Shown one piece after another: positions 1 through 10,284 of a stretch of 64,000 nt of DNA (its first letter is position 1; every line of letters begins with the position of its first letter). The notes below the pieces were generated by a model. It saw only the letters and a program-made list of their open reading frames with translations, did not search any database and was not told the DNA's origin. This stretch comes from Syntrophales bacterium (GTDB lineage Bacteria > Desulfobacterota > Syntrophia > Syntrophales > UBA2210), in the NCBI GenBank assembly GCA_963662405.2, contig CAXXKT010000001.1, forward strand, positions 832,001 to 896,000. Reading direction: 5' to 3'. Made by a program: the position numbers and the translations under genes.

Positions 1-324
1 ATCGGCGTGGGGGCGTATCCCGTCAATATATTTATCCGGGGCGGCATCGCCGCGGAGAAACCCGCTGACCAGTCCTCCCCGCGACGGCGCATTGTCTTTG
101 AGGGTACGGGGGTCCCGATAGTTGGTAATCGCCGCCATGCGCCCGGACCGGGTAATCCCGAGCCAGGTCCCTCCGTCCCGCAGATCTCTTCCCGCCAGGA
201 TGTCGGGTTGATCGTCCCAGAACGAGGCCGGCGCCGTGGGGCGTTCGTAAAACTCGTCTCGATTCGCCGCAATAATCAGCGGGTATGCTGGATGACGCCG
301 GTATGAGAAGAGGATCAGGCACAT
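1..324 (-). CDS. NRDE/TANGO2 family protein (3' end outside window)
   Basis: Manual translation from ATG at 324: MCLILFSYRRHPAYPLIIAANRDEFYERPT...GGTWLGIT...AAITNYRDP, with the MC start and NRDE motif. Not in the supplied ORF track. Confidence 0.9.
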   Translation of the reverse strand, partial: MCLILFSYRRHPAYPLIIAANRDEFYERPTAPASFWDDQPDILAGRDLRDGGTWLGITRSGRMAAITNYRDPRTLKDNAPSRGGLVSGFLRGDAAPDKYIDGIRPHAD

Positions 325-331
325 GTCCTGC

Positions 332-1111
332 CTATACCCCTTCCCTGACCGCGTCCACCATCTTCGACATGACCTCGCCGGCCTTTCCTTCGATCAGGAT
401 ATCGGCGCGGGAGTCGAAGGGAGTGTCTCCGATATTGACAATAATAAGCCGCGCACCCGCCTCCTTGGCATATGCGGGCATCAGTGCCGCCGGGTGGACG
501 ACCAGGGAAGACCCCACAACGATAAAGAGGTCGCACTGCATGGAATAGGTGGTGGCGGTGTTCAGCACGTCATGGGGAAGCATCTCCCCGAAGAAAACGA
601 CATCGGGTTTGAGGATCCCGCCGCATCTTTTGCATTCGGGGACCTCGACCCCCTGCTGCAATACCGCCCTGATCTCGTCGACCGAGTATCTCTCGCCGCA
701 ATCGATGCATTTGATCCACTGCATGTTACCGTGCAGTTCAAAAACCGTGTCCGGGGAATTCCCCGCTTTCTGATGCAGGTTGTCGATATTCTGAGTGATG
801 ACGCATTCGATCTTCCCCATCTCTTCCAGCTGGGCGATGGCGTAATGCGCCTTATTCGGTTGAACGGTGGAAAACAGGTCCCCTTCAATCAGGATCTTCC
901 ACTGTTTCCTCCGTGTTTCCCTGCTGCTGAGAAATTTCTGTATGGTAAAGTCATCGGGGTCGAATTTGGTCCATATCCCCGCCGGTCCCCGAAAATCCGG
1001 GATTCCTGATTCGGTGCTGATACCGGCCCCGGTGAAGACCACCACCTTGCGGGAGGCCAGTATCATGTCGGCTGCCGCTGTGATCTTTTCATGGAACTGA
1101 TTTTCAACCAT
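332..1111 (-). CDS. cobB: NAD-dependent protein deacylase, Sir2 family
   Basis: GAGISTESGIPDFRG, TQNIDNLH, HG, two CxxC, KPDVVFFGE, GSSLVVHPAA. Start placed at MVENQ; the ORF is open to 1171. Confidence 0.9.
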   Translation of the reverse strand: MVENQFHEKITAAADMILASRKVVVFTGAGISTESGIPDFRGPAGIWTKFDPDDFTIQKFLSSRETRRKQWKILIEGDLFSTVQPNKAHYAIAQLEEMGKIECVITQNIDNLHQKAGNSPDTVFELHGNMQWIKCIDCGERYSVDEIRAVLQQGVEVPECKRCGGILKPDVVFFGEMLPHDVLNTATTYSMQCDLFIVVGSSLVVHPAALMPAYAKEAGARLIIVNIGDTPFDSRADILIEGKAGEVMSKMVDAVREGV

Positions 1112-1167
1112 GAGGTTCTCCTCTCCGTTCTCTTCGCCGCGTTCATCTCGTACCGTCTGTCCTGGAT

Positions 1168-2532
1168 TCATTCTTTGAATCCATATTTTTTTAGTTTGTA
1201 CCGGAGGGTCCGCTCGGTAATCCCCAGGATCTCCGCCGCCCGAGTCTGGTTCTGTCCGGTTTCTTCAAGAGCCTGTTCTATCCGCGTGCGCTCCAGGGAT
1301 TCGATCTCGTCCTTGAGGGCTCCCCCTCCCTTGTGCTCGGAGAAATGATCAGCAGACACATTTTCAAACGGGAGATCTTTTTCCGATATAACCCGGCCCC
1401 GTGCGATGACAACCGCCCGTTCGATAATATTCTCCAACTCCCTGACATTTCCCGGATAGTTATATTTCAGGAGCGTATCCGTGGCTTCGTTGCTGAGACC
1501 GTCTATCTCCTTATCGTTCTCCGTGGAAAATTGCTGTATGAAATAATCGATCAAGAGGGGTATATCCCCTTTTCTGTTTCTGAGTGGGGGTATCGTCATC
1601 GAGACCACGTTCAGCCGGTAAAAGAGATCTTCCCTGAAGGTACCTTCCTTCACTCCCTCTTCAAGTATCCGGTTTGTCGCGCTGATAATCCGCACATCAG
1701 CGCGGATGGTCTGGTTTCCCCCCAGCCGCTGAAATTCCCGCTCCTGGAGAAATCGAAGGAGCTTTACCTGGACGGGTGGCGAGAGCTCCCCGATCTCGTC
1801 GAGAAAGAGGGTTCCTCCATCCGCCTCCTCAAACCGTCCGACCCTCCGCGCCGTTGCCCCGGTGAACGCCCCTTTCTCATGACCGAAGAGTTCACTCTCA
1901 AGGAGGGTCTCCGGAATAGCCGCGCAATTGACCACGATCATCGGTTTTTCAGATCTTGGGCTCGTGGCATGGATCAGTCGCGCGAAGAGTTCCTTGCCGG
2001 TTCCGCTTTCTCCTTGTATCAGGACTGTCGCACGGCTTGACGCGACTCGCGCCGCCATATTGACCATCGTCTCCATCCCGGAATCTCGATAGATAATCTG
2101 TCCGGTGGAAATATCTTTTTTCCACAGCTTCTTTCGGAGAATCTCGTTTTCCCGGATCAGGGTCTGCCGCTCCGCGATCCTATCGACCAGGATGATCAGT
2201 TCATCCAGATCGATGGGCTTGGGGATATAGTCGACGGCACCGAGCTTCATGGCGTCGACGGCCGTCTCTATGGTGCCGTATGCCGTCATCATCACGACGT
2301 TGATCTGCGGGTTTATCTTCTTGATCTCCCTCAGGACCTCGATACCGTTCATCCCCGGCATCTTGAAATCGAGAAGGAGGAGATCGAAGTGACTGTGGCG
2401 AACCTGCCGTATCGCAGCATCGCCATCTTCCGCCCCGGCGACGTTATGCCCTTCTCCGGCAAGAAATTCTTTCAACATCTCACGCTGGGACTGTCCATCT
2501 TCGACAATCAGTATATTCAATCTATCCATCAC
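1168..2532 (-). CDS. Sigma54-dependent response regulator (REC-AAA+-Fis HTH, ZraR/AtoC-like)
   Basis: REC domain, [22 protein letters not shown]-terminal HTH. Confidence 0.95.
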   Translation of the reverse strand: MMDRLNILIVEDGQSQREMLKEFLAGEGHNVAGAEDGDAAIRQVRHSHFDLLLLDFKMPGMNGIEVLREIKKINPQINVVMMTAYGTIETAVDAMKLGAVDYIPKPIDLDELIILVDRIAERQTLIRENEILRKKLWKKDISTGQIIYRDSGMETMVNMAARVASSRATVLIQGESGTGKELFARLIHATSPRSEKPMIVVNCAAIPETLLESELFGHEKGAFTGATARRVGRFEEADGGTLFLDEIGELSPPVQVKLLRFLQEREFQRLGGNQTIRADVRIISATNRILEEGVKEGTFREDLFYRLNVVSMTIPPLRNRKGDIPLLIDYFIQQFSTENDKEIDGLSNEATDTLLKYNYPGNVRELENIIERAVVIARGRVISEKDLPFENVSADHFSEHKGGGALKDEIESLERTRIEQALEETGQNQTRAAEILGITERTLRYKLKKYGFKE

Positions 2533-4321
2533 TCAACACCGTTTCCCTGCCGGATACGGGAAGCAGTACAATAAAAGTGGTCCCAATCCCGACACTGCTT
2601 TCAACATGTATCTCACCATCGTGCCCCCGAATAATTTCATGTGCCAGGGCCAGGCCAAGGCCCAACCCCTTCTCTTTGGTTGTATATTCCGGATCGAATA
2701 TGTGATCGATCTCATCGGCAGTCAAACCACATCCGGTATCCTCTATCTTGACGCTTACCATCCCCTTCCCCTTCGGCACAGCGGAGATAGTGATCGTTCC
2801 CTTTCCAGAAATGGCCTCCATTGCATTCTTCAGAAGATTGTAGAAGGCCTGCCTGAGCTTGTCCATATCCATGGGGATGATCAGGGGGTCCTTGTGTTCC
2901 CAATCGGTTTGTATCGTAATCCCCTTCAGATTGGCCTCCTCGCGTATAAGACTGGCCATTCGTTCCAGAACCATGGTGATGGAATGGTTGCTGAACTCCA
3001 GCCGGCGGCTTCGGGAAAAAATGACGAATTCCTCTACGATTCTATTCAGTCGCTTAATCTCATCGCGGATAATACCGGCAATATTCTGGAACCCTTTTCT
3101 CTTTTCATCATCTTCAGGAGAATATTCACGGTGAATTCTTTGACTGGCCATACTGATCGCATTCAATGGATTGCGGATCTCATGGGCCACACCGGCGGCC
3201 AGTTGTCCCAGTGCGGAAAGTTTTTCGGCCTGCTGAAGCCGCTTTCCCATCTCCTCCATCCTGCGAGAGTACTTTTTCTGATTAAGATAAATGGCGAACA
3301 TCGACAGGACCCCTATTGCCATAATAGATATCATGGAAACAATGGTCCGGTTTCTGGTCTCCCTGAAAATCATGTCGCAACTCTCGTGATTCAGGCCGAG
3401 GCGGCCGAAGCCGGCGACGGTGTTATCGAGATGTACGGGGACGGTCAGATCAAGCAGGTTTACGCCGCCGACGGTAACCTTACGACTTGCCATATCACTT
3501 TTGCCCTTCAAGATATCGAGCGCCGCGGGGTCGACATCTTCGATCTGTTTCCGATATACTCCCGCACGACCCAGCACTCTTCCATGCTCGTTGATGACGA
3601 TAAGATAGATCAATCCCTGGCCAAGCCCAACGTCGTCAATCGCCTTTTGCATGGCAATCTTCATGCTCCAGTATCTGAGCCCCGCATTGTCGAGGGCCAT
3701 TAATATCGTCCCGCTACCATCCTTCCGGCGAAGAGCTATATAGCCGATTTCGTTAAGCTTTCCAAACTTGTTGAAGAGGTCTATGATGAGGTCTTTATCC
3801 CCTGCCATTTCCTGATTTGTTTCGGGAAGGAGTTCGGTGATAAATTCACGACTCTTGAAGACGATTTTTCCGTGCTCATCGAGAACGGCTATCAACCACA
3901 GATTCTCACGATCAGCGAATGTCTTCAGCGTGCGGTCGCTGAGGTGCTCGGCTTTCCACTCGGTATCGAGATCACGCGCCAGATCCACTAAACCCTTGAC
4001 GAGGGCCTCCTGTGGCGAGAATTCTTCATTTCTCAGGGGAACAAAGGCATTGACCCCCTCCCCTCGGTCCTCCTTGAGAGTCTGGTATAAGAAGGCAAGG
4101 TTTTCCTGTGCCACGTTTTCAACAGTTGTGATTATATCAACCCCTCTGTTTTCCATAAAGCGCACCAGTGTCTTGTCGAGGCGCATCAGATCCATAATTC
4201 CCATTACCAGGATGAGGGACAGAAACAGGATCATCACAAGGGCTACAACCAATGGTCGAAGAAATGTCCCCGTATATCCGGGGGATGTAGTGTGCCATGT
4301 TATATCCTTTGGGAATTTCAT
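2522..4321 (-). CDS. Membrane sensor histidine kinase
   Basis: Two TM segments, H-box AHEIRNPL, N-box, DTGCG and GLGLGL. Overlaps the regulator start. Confidence 0.95.
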   Translation of the reverse strand: MKFPKDITWHTTSPGYTGTFLRPLVVALVMILFLSLILVMGIMDLMRLDKTLVRFMENRGVDIITTVENVAQENLAFLYQTLKEDRGEGVNAFVPLRNEEFSPQEALVKGLVDLARDLDTEWKAEHLSDRTLKTFADRENLWLIAVLDEHGKIVFKSREFITELLPETNQEMAGDKDLIIDLFNKFGKLNEIGYIALRRKDGSGTILMALDNAGLRYWSMKIAMQKAIDDVGLGQGLIYLIVINEHGRVLGRAGVYRKQIEDVDPAALDILKGKSDMASRKVTVGGVNLLDLTVPVHLDNTVAGFGRLGLNHESCDMIFRETRNRTIVSMISIMAIGVLSMFAIYLNQKKYSRRMEEMGKRLQQAEKLSALGQLAAGVAHEIRNPLNAISMASQRIHREYSPEDDEKRKGFQNIAGIIRDEIKRLNRIVEEFVIFSRSRRLEFSNHSITMVLERMASLIREEANLKGITIQTDWEHKDPLIIPMDMDKLRQAFYNLLKNAMEAISGKGTITISAVPKGKGMVSVKIEDTGCGLTADEIDHIFDPEYTTKEKGLGLGLALAHEIIRGHDGEIHVESSVGIGTTFIVLLPVSGRETVLSDG

Positions 4322-4669
4322 TACGAGTATATCTCAGACCTCCCATTATACGATCGACACCCCCTTTGATCTTCACCACCACGAACCATAATCCATATCC
4401 GTCCGTCATGACCCTCCCGCCACGGGGGGAAAACAGGATACTGCCAATCGATTCTATTTGACGAGCAACCTTTTATATCATACCTGATATCCTGAGAATA
4501 GATCGAAAAGCCATAAACTCGACGATTTTGTCGAATCTGACAGACAACCGGTAAAACATGTTATCTAATTATTTTTGCTGGACTTTAAATTTTTCTCCTT
4601 CTGGGTTCGACATTTTTCTCCATCCTGAGGCCCATCACCCACGGAACCATCATGGAGAATATGCCTTAA

Positions 4670-4706
4670 TATCAAATACTTAGGAAATTGGGCACGAAAA
4701 ATGCTA
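4670..4706 (+). promoter_or_regulatory. Sigma54 (-24/-12) promoter with adjacent IHF site
   Basis: GG-CACGAAAAAT-GC at 4691-4704 (GG-N10-GC). TATCAAATACTTA at 4670-4682 matches WATCAANNNNTTR. Confidence 0.7.
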
Positions 4707-4766
4707 TAACGTCTCTTATCTTTCCGGAAAAGCCCTCCTGTTTTTCTGGTTTGAACCCTTGTGGAG

Positions 4767-4809
4767 TATGAATCTGCGGCTTTCATTCCCTGAAAGCCGC
4801 AGATTCGTA
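4767..4809. other. Strong hairpin with 16-bp perfect stem
   Basis: GAATCTGCGGCTTTCA-ttccc-TGAAAGCCGCAGATTC at 4770-4806; no U-tract. Confidence 0.8.
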
Positions 4810-4904
4810 AGAATCCAGGCGTCCTGTCTTTCCTACCCTTCGTGTACCCACTGGTATTCTTGAATACCAGCGGATCGTACGCTGTTCCAGACCGGAAAAT
4901 ACAA

Positions 4905-4934
4905 TTGACACATGCCTTTTGAAACGGGTATTGT
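4905..4934 (+). promoter_or_regulatory. Sigma70-like promoter for the NMO/FabK-like gene
   Basis: TTGACA-N18-TATTGT. Confidence 0.5.
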
Positions 4935-4962
4935 TCAAGAAAATAGCGAGAAGGAGTGCTTT

Positions 4963-6015
4963 ATGAAAACCCGCATGACTGAGCTTTTCGGAATCCGGTA
5001 TCCCATCATGCTGGCCGGGATGAGCTGGATCAGCATCCCCGAAATGGTGGCAGCCGTTTCCAATGCAGGAGGCCTGGGTGTCTTGGCAACGGGACCGCTG
5101 AAGACACAGGAGACACGAGACAGCATAAAGAAAATACGGGCACTTACCGACAAGCCCTTCGGCGCGAATGCAACTCTCTTTTTCCCGGGAGCGAAGGAAA
5201 ATGCCAAGGTTCTCCTGGAGGAAGAGGTTCCCGTGATCAACTTTTCGCTCGGGAAAGGGGATTGGCTTGTGCATGCCGCCCACAAATACGGAGGGAAAGT
5301 GATCGCCACCGTCGTGAATAAGCAACATGCGGTTGCTGCGGAGAAACAGGGCGTCGACGCTCTCGTCGTGACGGGACATGAAGCGGCGGCCCATGGAGGA
5401 GACGCAACCTCTCTGGTGCTGATCCCCAGCATTGTAGATGAAACAACCCTTCCCGTCATAGCCGCGGGTGGATTTGCTGACGGGCGGGGTCTGGCAGCCG
5501 CGTTGGCACTTGGAGCCGAGGGGATCTCTATGGGGACACGCCTGATGGCGACACAGGAAAGTGGCCTCCACGAAACCTATAAGCAGCTTTCGCTCAAAAA
5601 GGGGGTTGACGATACGATCTACGGTGAATATTTCGACGGTCTGGGGTGTCGTTCACTGAAAACCCCTGCGGCTCTCAAGGCTTACCGAAAGGGTTTTATG
5701 GGGATGCCCGATTTCTTAGCCGCGCTCAGCAATTCCCGCGATATCGCTCGTATGCTGAACCTTCCTTACTTCAAGCTCTTCCTCGGTGTCCTTGCCTCCG
5801 GATTCAAGAACTCGGTGGTTATGGCATATCTGGCGAATGCCTTCAAGGCGATCAGCCTAGCCACTGAAAAAGGTGACATGAACCAAGGGGTCTTGACCGT
5901 CGGGCAGGCAACGGGCCTTCTCCACGATATTCCGACGGTTGCCGAGCTGTTTGAGCGGATGGCGCAAGAGGCGAACGAGGTCCACCAACGAATCTCGCTT
6001 GCTCTTGAAGAATAA
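4963..6015 (+). CDS. Nitronate monooxygenase / FabK-like flavoprotein
   Basis: YPIMLAGM, VSNAGGLG, GHEAAAHGG, PVIAAGGFADGRG, GISMGTR; AAGGAG RBS. Confidence 0.9.
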   Translation: MKTRMTELFGIRYPIMLAGMSWISIPEMVAAVSNAGGLGVLATGPLKTQETRDSIKKIRALTDKPFGANATLFFPGAKENAKVLLEEEVPVINFSLGKGDWLVHAAHKYGGKVIATVVNKQHAVAAEKQGVDALVVTGHEAAAHGGDATSLVLIPSIVDETTLPVIAAGGFADGRGLAAALALGAEGISMGTRLMATQESGLHETYKQLSLKKGVDDTIYGEYFDGLGCRSLKTPAALKAYRKGFMGMPDFLAALSNSRDIARMLNLPYFKLFLGVLASGFKNSVVMAYLANAFKAISLATEKGDMNQGVLTVGQATGLLHDIPTVAELFERMAQEANEVHQRISLALEE

Positions 6016-6075
6016 GGATAGGACGTTCAAAAAAAGGGTTGTCCGTTTTACCGGCAACCCTTTCCATTACAAATA

Positions 6076-6151
<76 letters not shown>

Positions 6152-6205
6152 GATGACAGGGGTGAGAACTAGCACACGCTTCAATGGAATGTCAATACAA
6201 TTTTC

Positions 6206-6233
6206 TTGACAATTCGAAGCGCACCTATATAAT
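6206..6233 (+). promoter_or_regulatory. Sigma70 promoter for tRNA-Leu
   Basis: TTGACA-N16-TATAAT. A divergent TTGACA at 6190-6195 faces tRNA-Ala. Confidence 0.7.
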
Positions 6234-6243
6234 CAGCCGCCAA

Positions 6244-6330
6244 GCCGGAGTGGTGAAACTGGTAGACGCAGGGGACTCAAAATCCCCCGACCTTACGGTC
6301 ATCTCGGTTCGATTCCGAGCTCCGGCACCA
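6244..6330 (+). tRNA. tRNA-Leu (CAA)
   Basis: GCCGGAG acceptor stem, anticodon arm GGGGA-CTCAAAA-TCCCC, long variable arm, TTCGA T-loop, CCA end; 87 nt. Confidence 0.97.
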
Positions 6331-6467
6331 TTAAGGAATCAAGGGGTTACGCCTGGGAAGGCGGCGCCCCTTTTTTCTTGGGTACCTGCGATACTCGCGA
6401 ACTATGCTATAGTGACACCGTACGATGAATCTCAGAACCGCATGAGTACCTTCTGAAAGATAGAGAG

Positions 6468-6740
6468 ATGGACGATCACACCGCTTTGATCCTTCTTGAA
6501 GAATTGGCGGACCGGCTCGACATCCCCATCCGGTACGAGTCGATCACGGACGACCTGACGGGTCCGGGCGGGCTGTGCCGCATAGAAGGGAAACACACGC
6601 TGCTCATCGATGTAAAGGCGACAACCGAAGAAAGGATCCGGATCATGACGGAAGCGCTCAGGCGGTTTGACCTCAGCGCCGTCTATGTGAAACCGGCTCT
6701 CAGGGAACTGCTGGAAGAAGATGAGCTATCGTGTCTCTAA
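6468..6740 (+). CDS. Hypothetical protein, 90 aa
   Basis: Coding-like composition and a GGLCRIEG motif; no function recognised. Confidence 0.7.
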   Translation: MDDHTALILLEELADRLDIPIRYESITDDLTGPGGLCRIEGKHTLLIDVKATTEERIRIMTEALRRFDLSAVYVKPALRELLEEDELSCL

Positions 6741-7099
6741 GACAAGATAGAATGTTCCAATACCGCTGGTCAACAGCTGCTGATTGATGTGCGGTGAAAG
6801 AGACGTGTCGTGAGTAATATAAGTACCATCATTCAATGTCACATTGCATGATAATGATTCTGTGAGTATCAATGTGGAGACTGAGCTACCCATCCGCAGG
6901 ACAAGACAGAACAGGACTGTCGACGCCCCCATCTTTTATCTTTTTCATATTGTTTTCCCTGATATGCCGTTTATAAAACAGAAAATAAATCGAGGAATGT
7001 GAGCCTATTATGCTTGAAAAGTCTCGTTTTTTTCGATACTCGTATGTATCATACCATGACGGGGGGAACACAAATGGCGCATATCGAAGGACATCCTGG

Positions 7100-7478
7100 A
7101 ACTCTGGAAAGAGTACATGGCCGGAATACGGTGGAAAGATCATGGAGATGCTTCCCGGCTCCATCATGCGGGTGATACCGGTCAACGAGAGTGTCGAACC
7201 GGAATCGCAGATCCTCGCCTATGATAATGTGATCAAGATTATTGAAGATGCAAAAATCCTGAGCGTCACCGACTGCTCTCGCCGCGTCATCGACGGTGCC
7301 TGCGGAAAACCGCTGGAGCTCTGCATGCAGGTGGATTGTGCCGCCCCGTTCCCTCGTCATCCGTGCCCCCGCCACCATCCGTGTGTGGGAGGAGACCGAC
7401 GAGCAGATCCACCGGCTCAGGGAAGATATCGAAGGATACGGAACCTGCATCCTGCAGTACCAGGAGGAGGGGTCATAA
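7100..7478 (+). pseudogene. Chimeric debris: internal fragment of a 4Fe-4S protein joined to a gamma-carbonic-anhydrase-like C-terminus
   Basis: RVIPVNESV...SVTDCSRR...CGKPLELCMQ, then in another frame VPPRSLVIRAPATIR...TDEQIHRLRE. Neither part is complete. Confidence 0.5.
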
Positions 7479-7515
7479 GGGTTTCGATTTAAAACCACAC
7501 AAAGGAGGCACGCAC

Positions 7516-8034
7516 ATGAAAGAGGTTCCCGCATATGAACAGTATCCCGTCAATGAAGAGGAAATGGGCAAACGGTACAAAAACTGGACGGAAGGACTCG
7601 CGTATCAGTTGATGGTTCTCTACCGTGTGGGGAAAAAGACAGGAGGTGAAAAATTTATTGAGGAATTAAAGGAGGAATTTTTCACAATGGGCAAGAACAG
7701 CGCCCGGTTATCGATGAAATTGACCGGCACGACAAAAGAAAACTTCACAGACTGTTCTTCCCTGCCGAAGATTTGTGACACCTTTGATGATTCCATGGCC
7801 AATTTCTGGGATGGCTATGTGGAAAATTCGCCGACAGCTTTTGAAAAGGAGATCCTTACCTGTCCGGTGGTAAAAAGTTATTCCATGGAGCCGGATTTCT
7901 GTGATGTGATTTTGGGGCAATTCGTGAAAGGGGTCGCTCAGGAAGCCAATCCGCAATTCAAAACGGATGGATTCAGCAAATTGCTCGTCAAAGGGGACCG
8001 CTGCTGCCGGTATCGGATCGAGCTGGAGAAATAG
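7516..8034 (+). CDS. Hypothetical protein, V4R/ATC-hydrolase-like fold
   Basis: AAAGGAGG RBS; TCP...FCD...KGDRCCRYRIEL pattern. Confidence 0.65.
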   Translation: MKEVPAYEQYPVNEEEMGKRYKNWTEGLAYQLMVLYRVGKKTGGEKFIEELKEEFFTMGKNSARLSMKLTGTTKENFTDCSSLPKICDTFDDSMANFWDGYVENSPTAFEKEILTCPVVKSYSMEPDFCDVILGQFVKGVAQEANPQFKTDGFSKLLVKGDRCCRYRIELEK

Positions 8035-8261
8035 GGGACATTCCCCGTATCTTAAGAAGGTCGGCCTTTTCCTCCCTTGCTGTTGTTTTCCTGCATGGAT
8101 GAAGAAATCCGATCAAGGAAAATTGCGGGTAACGGGAAGCCGTTCGTGGTTTTTGTCAAGATTTATTCGATGATGAAACCCTCCCGGATTGACAGGGTAT
8201 GTAATATCTGAGATAAAAAATCCCTTACAAAAAAACAAACACGCATACAGGAGGGGCGGAA

Positions 8262-9272
8262 ATGAGGGCAGCGGTACTTCGCGGTGCAAACGATATCAGG
8301 ATGGAGACGGTTCCCGATCCCGTCGCCGAACCGCACGGGATTGTCATCAAGGTCAAGGCGTGTGGCGTATGCGGCTCCGACCTGCATGAATACAAATCCG
8401 GGAAAAATCCGGGGACGATCTTCGGCCACGAGTTCAGCGGCGACGTGGCGCAGGTGGGGGAACATGTGACCGGGATCAATGTTGGAGATCGGGTGACAGC
8501 CGTGGGTTTCCGTGCCTGCGGAAAATGCCTCTGGTGCAGTCAGGGCAAGCCCCACCGGTGCTCAGATATGGCCCTGGTAGGGTATCAGCTCCCCGGCGCG
8601 ATGGCGGAATATGTCTCGATCCCCATCGCGGCGGTCGGACAGACCGTCTTTCCCCTCCCTGAGGGATTGACCTATGAAGACGCGGCCCAGGTAGAGCCTC
8701 TCTCCATATCGCTCTACTCGGTCAGACGGGCCAAGCCGAAGGAGACGGACACGGCCGTTGTCCTGGGTGCCGGAGTGATCGGTCTGAACGCCATACAGGT
8801 CCTCAAATCGATGGGTGTCAAAACCGTCCTGGTGAGCGCCCGGAGGCCGTCACGCCTTGCGGCCGCGAAGACATGCGGGGCCGATCTGATCATCGATGCG
8901 GCCCAGGATGATCCCGTTCCGGCCATCATGGAGGCAACCAAAGGGATGGGGGCGGAGATCGTCGTCGAGTGCGCCGGGTCTCCCGCTACCTTCGATCAGG
9001 CCGTCGAGGTGGCCAGCGGTGCGGGAAAGGTCGCCTTGGTGGCGATATACGAACAGCCCCTCACCTGGGACCCGTCACCGGTCATCAGCAAGAACCTGAC
9101 CCTCATCGGATGTCTCGGAGGGAACTTTCCCGGCTCGATCGATCTCATCCGAACGGGACAGGCTACGACGCGTCCCTTCGTCACCCATCGGTTCCCGCTG
9201 GAGCGGGCGGACGAGGCATTCAAGACGGCAATCACCGATCCCGGGGCGATCAAGGTCATGATCATCCCGTAA
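8262..9272 (+). CDS. Zinc-dependent alcohol dehydrogenase (MDR family)
   Basis: CGSDLH, GHEFSG, CxxCxxC...C, GAGVIG. Confidence 0.93.
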   Translation: MRAAVLRGANDIRMETVPDPVAEPHGIVIKVKACGVCGSDLHEYKSGKNPGTIFGHEFSGDVAQVGEHVTGINVGDRVTAVGFRACGKCLWCSQGKPHRCSDMALVGYQLPGAMAEYVSIPIAAVGQTVFPLPEGLTYEDAAQVEPLSISLYSVRRAKPKETDTAVVLGAGVIGLNAIQVLKSMGVKTVLVSARRPSRLAAAKTCGADLIIDAAQDDPVPAIMEATKGMGAEIVVECAGSPATFDQAVEVASGAGKVALVAIYEQPLTWDPSPVISKNLTLIGCLGGNFPGSIDLIRTGQATTRPFVTHRFPLERADEAFKTAITDPGAIKVMIIP

Positions 9273-9469
9273 AAAAGGGCTGAACATCCCAACGCCCTGG
9301 AATGGTTGAATGACGAATATAATCGTAGTATCATGAGGTAACTGCTGACAGAATCGTGACCGGATCGATTCCCGTTTTTCTGCTGATCGACATATTGGTA
9401 TCCGTCTCTTCTCTGCTGAAGAAACCCGCCGAAGATCATGCGGCATCAAGTGGACGCAGAAAGGGTCGT

Positions 9470-10273
9470 ATGAAAACAATATCTCTGATCATCCTCACCG
9501 GTGTTTTCCTCTGTGCCGTGACACCCGCCCACGGCTTCAGGGAACTGACCCGCGAGGAAAAGATGATTGCGGTGAATGCCGGAGCGCTCCTTGCCATAGC
9601 CGGGTGGGGGGCCGCCTTTTGGGATTACGGGGAGTCTTCCCCCGCCCTGAAGGACGAGGGATGGTTCCAGGAGGACACGGACAAGGGCGGCGCGGACAAG
9701 CTGGGGCATTTCTACACCAACTATCTCGTCGGCCGCGGCCTCTCATCCCTTTACGGGTCATGGGGATATGAGCCCGGACGGGCCGCCCTTTACGGGGCGT
9801 TGTCATCCTTCGGGGTGATGGGGTTCATGGAGATCGGTGATTCCATCAGTGATTACGGCTTCTCGCACTCGGATCTGATCATGAACCTGCTGGGGAGTTG
9901 TGCGGGATACCTGCTCGACACCCACCCGGCGATCGCGCGTAAGATCGATTTCCGAGTGGAGTATGTCCCCGACTTCCAGGAGGCCGATATCGTGACGGAC
10001 TACGATCGGATGCGGTTCCTCGTCGCCGTGAAACTGGACGGATTCGATGTGGTCACCAACAACTACCTCAAATATCTGGAGCTGCACCTGGGGTATTATG
10101 TGGACGGATACCAGGAGGCGGGGGACGACCGGAGCCGGAAGGTATACGCCGGTATCGGGATCAATCTCTCCCGGATATTCAGGACCCGGTCATGTCCCAC
10201 GGCGGCGAAGGTCTTCAATTATTATCAGGTTCCCCATACCTCCATCAAACTGAACAGGGATCTGAACGAATAG
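9470..10273 (+). CDS. Exported DUF2279/YfiM-like protein
   Basis: Signal peptide; GGADKLGHF, EIGD, DLIMNLLG. Confidence 0.75.
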   Translation: MKTISLIILTGVFLCAVTPAHGFRELTREEKMIAVNAGALLAIAGWGAAFWDYGESSPALKDEGWFQEDTDKGGADKLGHFYTNYLVGRGLSSLYGSWGYEPGRAALYGALSSFGVMGFMEIGDSISDYGFSHSDLIMNLLGSCAGYLLDTHPAIARKIDFRVEYVPDFQEADIVTDYDRMRFLVAVKLDGFDVVTNNYLKYLELHLGYYVDGYQEAGDDRSRKVYAGIGINLSRIFRTRSCPTAAKVFNYYQVPHTSIKLNRDLNE

Positions 10274-10284
10274 CCACCCCCCCG

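Noticed and set aside
332..1111. Sir2 protein as an anti-phage NADase (Thoeris/DSR type)
   Set aside because: It is a canonical CobB-type sirtuin with a zinc ribbon and no defence partners.
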